From: an uncultured Pirellulales bacterium | GTDB lineage: Bacteria; Planctomycetota; Phycisphaerae; Sedimentisphaerales; Anaerobacaceae | NCBI GenBank assembly: GCA_964649005.1 | Contig: CAZYMD010000015.1 | Location: forward strand, 1 to 38,884 | Length of the DNA: 38,884 bases | Direction: 5' to 3' | Part shown: one piece after another, positions 34,930 to 38,884 of the stretch | Layout: each line of letters starts with the position of its first letter | Position numbering within the stretch: position 1 is the stretch's first letter | Notes under the pieces: generated by a model | The model's database searches: none | Seen by the model: only the letters and a program-made list of their open reading frames with translations | Told to the model about the DNA's origin: nothing | Translations under genes and position numbers: made by a program

Positions 34930-37900
34930 ATGGGTAGTGTATTCACCAATGGAATAGCAAGAACACTTCTGTTGTCACTTATAACGATGTTTGGCCTTGG
35001 AGTCACATATGCAGGGGAGAATCTGATCGAAGATCCGTCGTTTGAGATGCCGAAAGAGGCGGACCAGTTCGGACTTGTATTCGAGAAATGGGGCGGATGG
35101 AAATACGAAGGCGATTGCAAGTTTGCCGTAGGCGGCGTTTCGCACGGCGGCGAGACATCGTGCCTGCTCATCGGTCGCTCATCGCCGAAAATCCGCATTC
35201 GGCAGGAGCACGAACTTGAGCCGGGACGCTACCGGGTTACGGCCTTCCTTCGCGGCCTGGACATCGCCACAGGCGTATGGGATGCAACAACCGAATTCAT
35301 GTTTAACGAACAATACATCCAACTCCAAAAGAACGGCACATTCGGCTGGACCAAACTTACTTACGTAGGCCAGGTCAATGAAAAGAATAAGGTCGCAGTG
35401 TCATTCGGGCTAATGGCGCCGGGCTATTTCTGGATCGATGATGTAACGCTGGAGAAAGTCGGACCCAATACGCCGCTGACAGAAAAGCCAATTCTTGGCG
35501 AGGAAGAGGCGCCCATTGCGCCGCCTGGCGAAATCGGCTCAGAAGCGGTTCAGTGTCCCGAGTGCGGCTACCGCAACATGCCTGCATGGAAGACATGCTA
35601 CGGATGCGGCACACCATTGGAAGATAAGAAGACGGTTGCTAACGGACCGCCTATCAAACTGATTACTTCCTTCGAGGGCAAGAATCCATTCGGCAATAGT
35701 GTTATCGTTACGGAGCACGCGACCGACGGTCTGAAGGCCATGCGAATTGACCGGTCGTACGCCGACATGCACGTCCTGCAGGACTGGACCGGCTACGATT
35801 ATCTCAAGGCCGACCTCTACACCGACGCCAAAGATCCATTGAAGTTGTACGTCGAGATTCGTGACACCGCAACGCAAGGCTACTGGACAAGGGTCAACTA
35901 TCATACGGTCGTACCTCCAGGCCGCAGTACGCTCGTGCTGCCGATCAAGCAGCTATATGTCGGTGAGAAATCCAGACCTGGCCGGATGCTAATCCTCAAC
36001 GGGATCACGCGGTTCGTCCTTAGCATCGGCGACAAGCCGTCGGCGCCACTGTACGTGGACAACATCCGCATCGAGCGCGACGAGTCAGCCGAGAATCTCC
36101 GCTTCGAAGGACTCCATGCGTTCGATTTCGGCATGGGCTCCAGTCCCGTCATGGAAGGTTTCACACAGATCACACCGGCCACGATATACAGCAAAGGCCG
36201 AGGTTACGGCCTGAAAGATGCCAAGATTTGGCGGGCATACGATGTGCTCCAGCCGGATCCGTTGTACCAGGATTTCCTCTGCATTGAATCCGGCGGCCTG
36301 GACGTGGATGTACCCAACGGCAAGTACCGCGTCTTCGTGAACATGGATAATCCATCCGGATTCTGGGGTGAGTACCAGATCTATCGCAAACGGGCTATAA
36401 TGGCCCAGGGCAGCGAAATACTCACTGAAACGATGAATTTCGATACGCTGAAGAAGAAATATTTTCGCTTCTGGAACGTTGAGGATTTGCCGACAGACGA
36501 CACATTCGATAAATATCAAAGGGAATATTTCCAGGAAAAGATATTCGACGTGGATGTAACGAACGGCCTGTTGAGCCTGGACTTCAAAGGCGCCAACTGG
36601 GCTTGCAGCGTATCGGCGGTGGTAATCTACCCACTCGCCCGGACGGTCGAGGGTGACCGCTTCCTCGAATGGGTTGAGAACAGGCGGCGATTCCACTTTA
36701 ATAACTACTTCAAGCGTGTTCTCCACAACCCAACCGGCGATCCGCTCAAGCCGACAGATGTCGCGCAGCAACAAGGCTACGTCGTTTTCTGTCGCGATTT
36801 CATGAAAGACCTTTACTACAATGACACCCCGTTCGAAGAAGAGATCGACAAGCCATTCGAGGCCAAAGCTTTTGCAGGTCAGTATGAGAGCGTCACGGTG
36901 GGCATCCTGCCTTTACGTGATCTCGGTTCAGTGACCGTCAAGGTAAGTGACCTCGTCGGACTAGGCGGAATAATTCCAAGCGATGCGATTGAAGTCGCGT
37001 ACATCTCATACCGCCTCAGTCGCGTAACGATGGAAGGAACGGTCTATACGATCAAGCCGCGGCTGATAATGCCGACCAACACAGTCACGATGCCGAAAGA
37101 CGTTGCACGCCGTTTCTGGCTGACGGTCAAGACCCCAGTTGATACCAAACCTGGATTGTACCGAGGCCAGGTGAAGATCTCGCCGGAGCAAGGCTTAGCC
37201 TGCTCGATGCCTATCGAGTTCAGTGTGCGCAAGGGCTCGCTCGATTCTGTGGACATCCCGGTCGGCCCTTGGGGCTACAAAATCGACACACCGTGGTATG
37301 GTGACGATCCAGGCGCTAAGGCATTCAACCGCGAGATAACGCTTCTAAGCCTCAAGAAGATGCGCGAATATGGTTTCACCATGTTCAGCGGCATTCCCAC
37401 CGTGCACTACAAAGGCTTTAAAGAAGGCCAGCCGATCCTCGACTTCAGCCAGGCCGATGAGCAGATGCAAATGGCCCGTGACCTCGGTTTTCTGGCTGTC
37501 TGCAGCTACGGCAGCGGTGTCACAGGACTGAACGCCTACTATCAGGACACCGATCAGATGAAGGCCGCCGGTTTCGATGACTACAGCGCATTCATCAAAA
37601 CGATTTATACTGCAATCCAAAATCATGCCGACGAACACGGCTGGTTGCCGACGTACTGGAACCTGGCCGATGAACCAATCGGCGATGACCTCAAACGTTC
37701 CATCGAGAATGCCGCCGCCTACCGCAAGGCATTCCCGAAAGGCCCGCCATTCTTCACCGGCGCCAGCAGTTTCAGCGGCAGCGACTCCAACGACCCCCAC
37801 TTCCAACTCGCCAAATCGCTCCAAGTTGTGGACTGGAACAATCACGATGAAGAAGGCGTACATCTACTGCACGAAGCAGGCGGAAACTGGGCATTCTACA

Positions 37901-38316
37901 ACGGCGGTAACCGTTGGACCTACGGCGATTATCTCTACAAGGCCGCCAAACAGTTCGGCATGAAGTTCCGCCTCTCGTGGCACTGGAACGTCACCGCCGG
38001 CGATCCTTATTACGCACTCGATTGCCGCGAGGACGATTACGCATGGTGCAACGCCACACCAGACGGCCGACTCGTTCCCTCCGTCGAGTTTGAGCGCCGT
38101 CGCGCCGGCCTCGACGACTATTGCCACCTTTTAACGCTGGCGCGTTTGGCAAATGAAAAAAGCGGCTCGCCCGCCGGACAGTCTGCGAAGGAGTTAATTG
38201 CCTCTCGCCTCGCCTCGTTCAGACTCGGCCAACGCGAGCATGACCGAATCTTCGGCCTCGACGATTGGCAAAGATTCCGTCGCAAAGTTGCCGATTTGAT
38301 TGAGCGGTTAAGGTGA
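34930..38316 (+). CDS. Large secreted 1128-aa protein with an N-terminal CBM-like beta-sandwich, an embedded CxxC...CxxC zinc-ribbon and a C-terminal putative glycoside-hydrolase-like region (family unknown)
   Basis: Signal peptide MGSVFTNGIARTLLLSLITMFGLGVTYA. ENLIEDPSFE...GYFWIDDVTLEKV resembles CBM4/9-type carbohydrate-binding modules. CPECGYRNMPAWKTCYGCG lies at ~35554-35613. The C-terminal half carries WNLADEP and VVDWNNHDEEG motifs suggestive of a TIM-barrel hydrolase. Confidence 0.6.
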   Translation: MGSVFTNGIARTLLLSLITMFGLGVTYAGENLIEDPSFEMPKEADQFGLVFEKWGGWKYEGDCKFAVGGVSHGGETSCLLIGRSSPKIRIRQEHELEPGRYRVTAFLRGLDIATGVWDATTEFMFNEQYIQLQKNGTFGWTKLTYVGQVNEKNKVAVSFGLMAPGYFWIDDVTLEKVGPNTPLTEKPILGEEEAPIAPPGEIGSEAVQCPECGYRNMPAWKTCYGCGTPLEDKKTVANGPPIKLITSFEGKNPFGNSVIVTEHATDGLKAMRIDRSYADMHVLQDWTGYDYLKADLYTDAKDPLKLYVEIRDTATQGYWTRVNYHTVVPPGRSTLVLPIKQLYVGEKSRPGRMLILNGITRFVLSIGDKPSAPLYVDNIRIERDESAENLRFEGLHAFDFGMGSSPVMEGFTQITPATIYSKGRGYGLKDAKIWRAYDVLQPDPLYQDFLCIESGGLDVDVPNGKYRVFVNMDNPSGFWGEYQIYRKRAIMAQGSEILTETMNFDTLKKKYFRFWNVEDLPTDDTFDKYQREYFQEKIFDVDVTNGLLSLDFKGANWACSVSAVVIYPLARTVEGDRFLEWVENRRRFHFNNYFKRVLHNPTGDPLKPTDVAQQQGYVVFCRDFMKDLYYNDTPFEEEIDKPFEAKAFAGQYESVTVGILPLRDLGSVTVKVSDLVGLGGIIPSDAIEVAYISYRLSRVTMEGTVYTIKPRLIMPTNTVTMPKDVARRFWLTVKTPVDTKPGLYRGQVKISPEQGLACSMPIEFSVRKGSLDSVDIPVGPWGYKIDTPWYGDDPGAKAFNREITLLSLKKMREYGFTMFSGIPTVHYKGFKEGQPILDFSQADEQMQMARDLGFLAVCSYGSGVTGLNAYYQDTDQMKAAGFDDYSAFIKTIYTAIQNHADEHGWLPTYWNLADEPIGDDLKRSIENAAAYRKAFPKGPPFFTGASSFSGSDSNDPHFQLAKSLQVVDWNNHDEEGVHLLHEAGGNWAFYNGGNRWTYGDYLYKAAKQFGMKFRLSWHWNVTAGDPYYALDCREDDYAWCNATPDGRLVPSVEFERRRAGLDDYCHLLTLARLANEKSGSPAGQSAKELIASRLASFRLGQREHDRIFGLDDWQRFRRKVADLIERLR

Positions 38317-38575
38317 TACCCAGAAGAAAAGTCATATAGTGAAAGTAAAACCCAATCGACACCCTTCCATATTTAACTCGGTGTCGTCCCAAGCAAGCTA
38401 AGCGAATTGAAGGTTCTACGCTTCGAACATGGCCGGCCGGGCCTATCCCGCCTGGTTCCCAACCGTGTCAGAACAAAAACAACACAAAGAATACAGCGAT
38501 CATCTTTGCATTTTCGTCGTATATTTGCTAAATCAGACAAATTCTGAGTATTCAACTTTTTTTATGGGGTATCAC

Positions 38576-38884
38576 TATGTCTAAGAAAAGCTGCATTCTA
38601 AGTGTTCTAATAATGGTTTTGTTTACTACGGCAGCCTTCAGCGCCGACTGGCCCCAATGGCGTGGCCCCGACCGCGATGGCCTATCCAAAGAAACGGGCC
38701 TGCTACAGCAATGGCCCCAGGCAGGCCCCACGCTCGTATGGAAAGCAACAGGCCTTGGCATAGGCTTCTCAGGAATCTCAATTTCAGGCAGCCGCATTTA
38801 CACCATGGGCGACGAAGGCGCCGGTTGCTACGCCCGCGCCTACAACCTGACCGATGGCAAGCCCCTCTGGAGCACTAAGATAGG
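38576..38884 (+). CDS. PQQ-like beta-propeller repeat protein (BamB/PQQ-enzyme-repeat family), partial at the window end
   Basis: Signal peptide MSKKSCILSVLIMVLFTTAAFSA, followed by DWPQWRGPDRDGLS and PLWSTKI, which are typical PQQ beta-propeller repeat starts. Confidence 0.65.

Overview
This 38.9-kb window is a glycan/peptide-scavenging accessory region from a moderately GC-rich (~55%) bacterium. The gene content suggests the Planctomycetota/Verrucomicrobiota/Lentisphaerota group (Tat-exported Gfo/Idh oxidoreductases, dockerin-like tails, many secreted hydrolases), but this is inferred from content and not verified. Read left to right, the window contains:
- A partial minus-strand gene for a GLUG-motif repeat surface protein, built from ~12.5 near-perfect 84-nt tandem repeats. 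It is absent from the ORF track; the plus-strand ORFs called there are artefacts of the repeats.
- A divergently transcribed multidomain C10 (streptopain-like) cysteine peptidase with a dockerin-like C-terminus, downstream of a strong sigma70-like promoter.
- An IS110-family insertion sequence (DEDD transposase). Its non-coding flanks are structured, so they are candidate bridge-RNA loci.
- A polytopic membrane protein.
- An NfeD-flotillin operon.
- A secreted alpha/beta-hydrolase esterase co-transcribed with a stand-alone 2-oxoacid-dehydrogenase E2 catalytic-domain protein. Its catalytic His appears replaced by Arg.
- A minus-strand cassette that looks like an oxidative (3-keto) glycoside cleavage module: Tat Gfo/Idh oxidoreductase > xylose-isomerase-like TIM barrel > cytoplasmic Gfo/Idh > SSS symporter > tiny one-TM protein.
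- A URO-D-like protein, a clan GH-D-like glycosidase, a GH20 beta-hexosaminidase, an NSS transporter and a CocE/NonD hydrolase.
- A 1011-aa DUF5107+TPR protein, a second Tat Gfo/Idh oxidoreductase, and two large secreted proteins of unknown family (835 aa and 1128 aa). The 1128-aa protein carries an embedded CxxC...CxxC zinc-ribbon.
- A partial PQQ-like beta-propeller gene at the right edge.

A small dispersed hairpin-repeat family (GTCATTCC...GGAATC termini) occurs in several intergenic regions. A related 33-nt triplet repeat sits in-frame inside the glycosidase gene. All calls rest on reading the sequence and the ORF translations by eye; no database searches were run.
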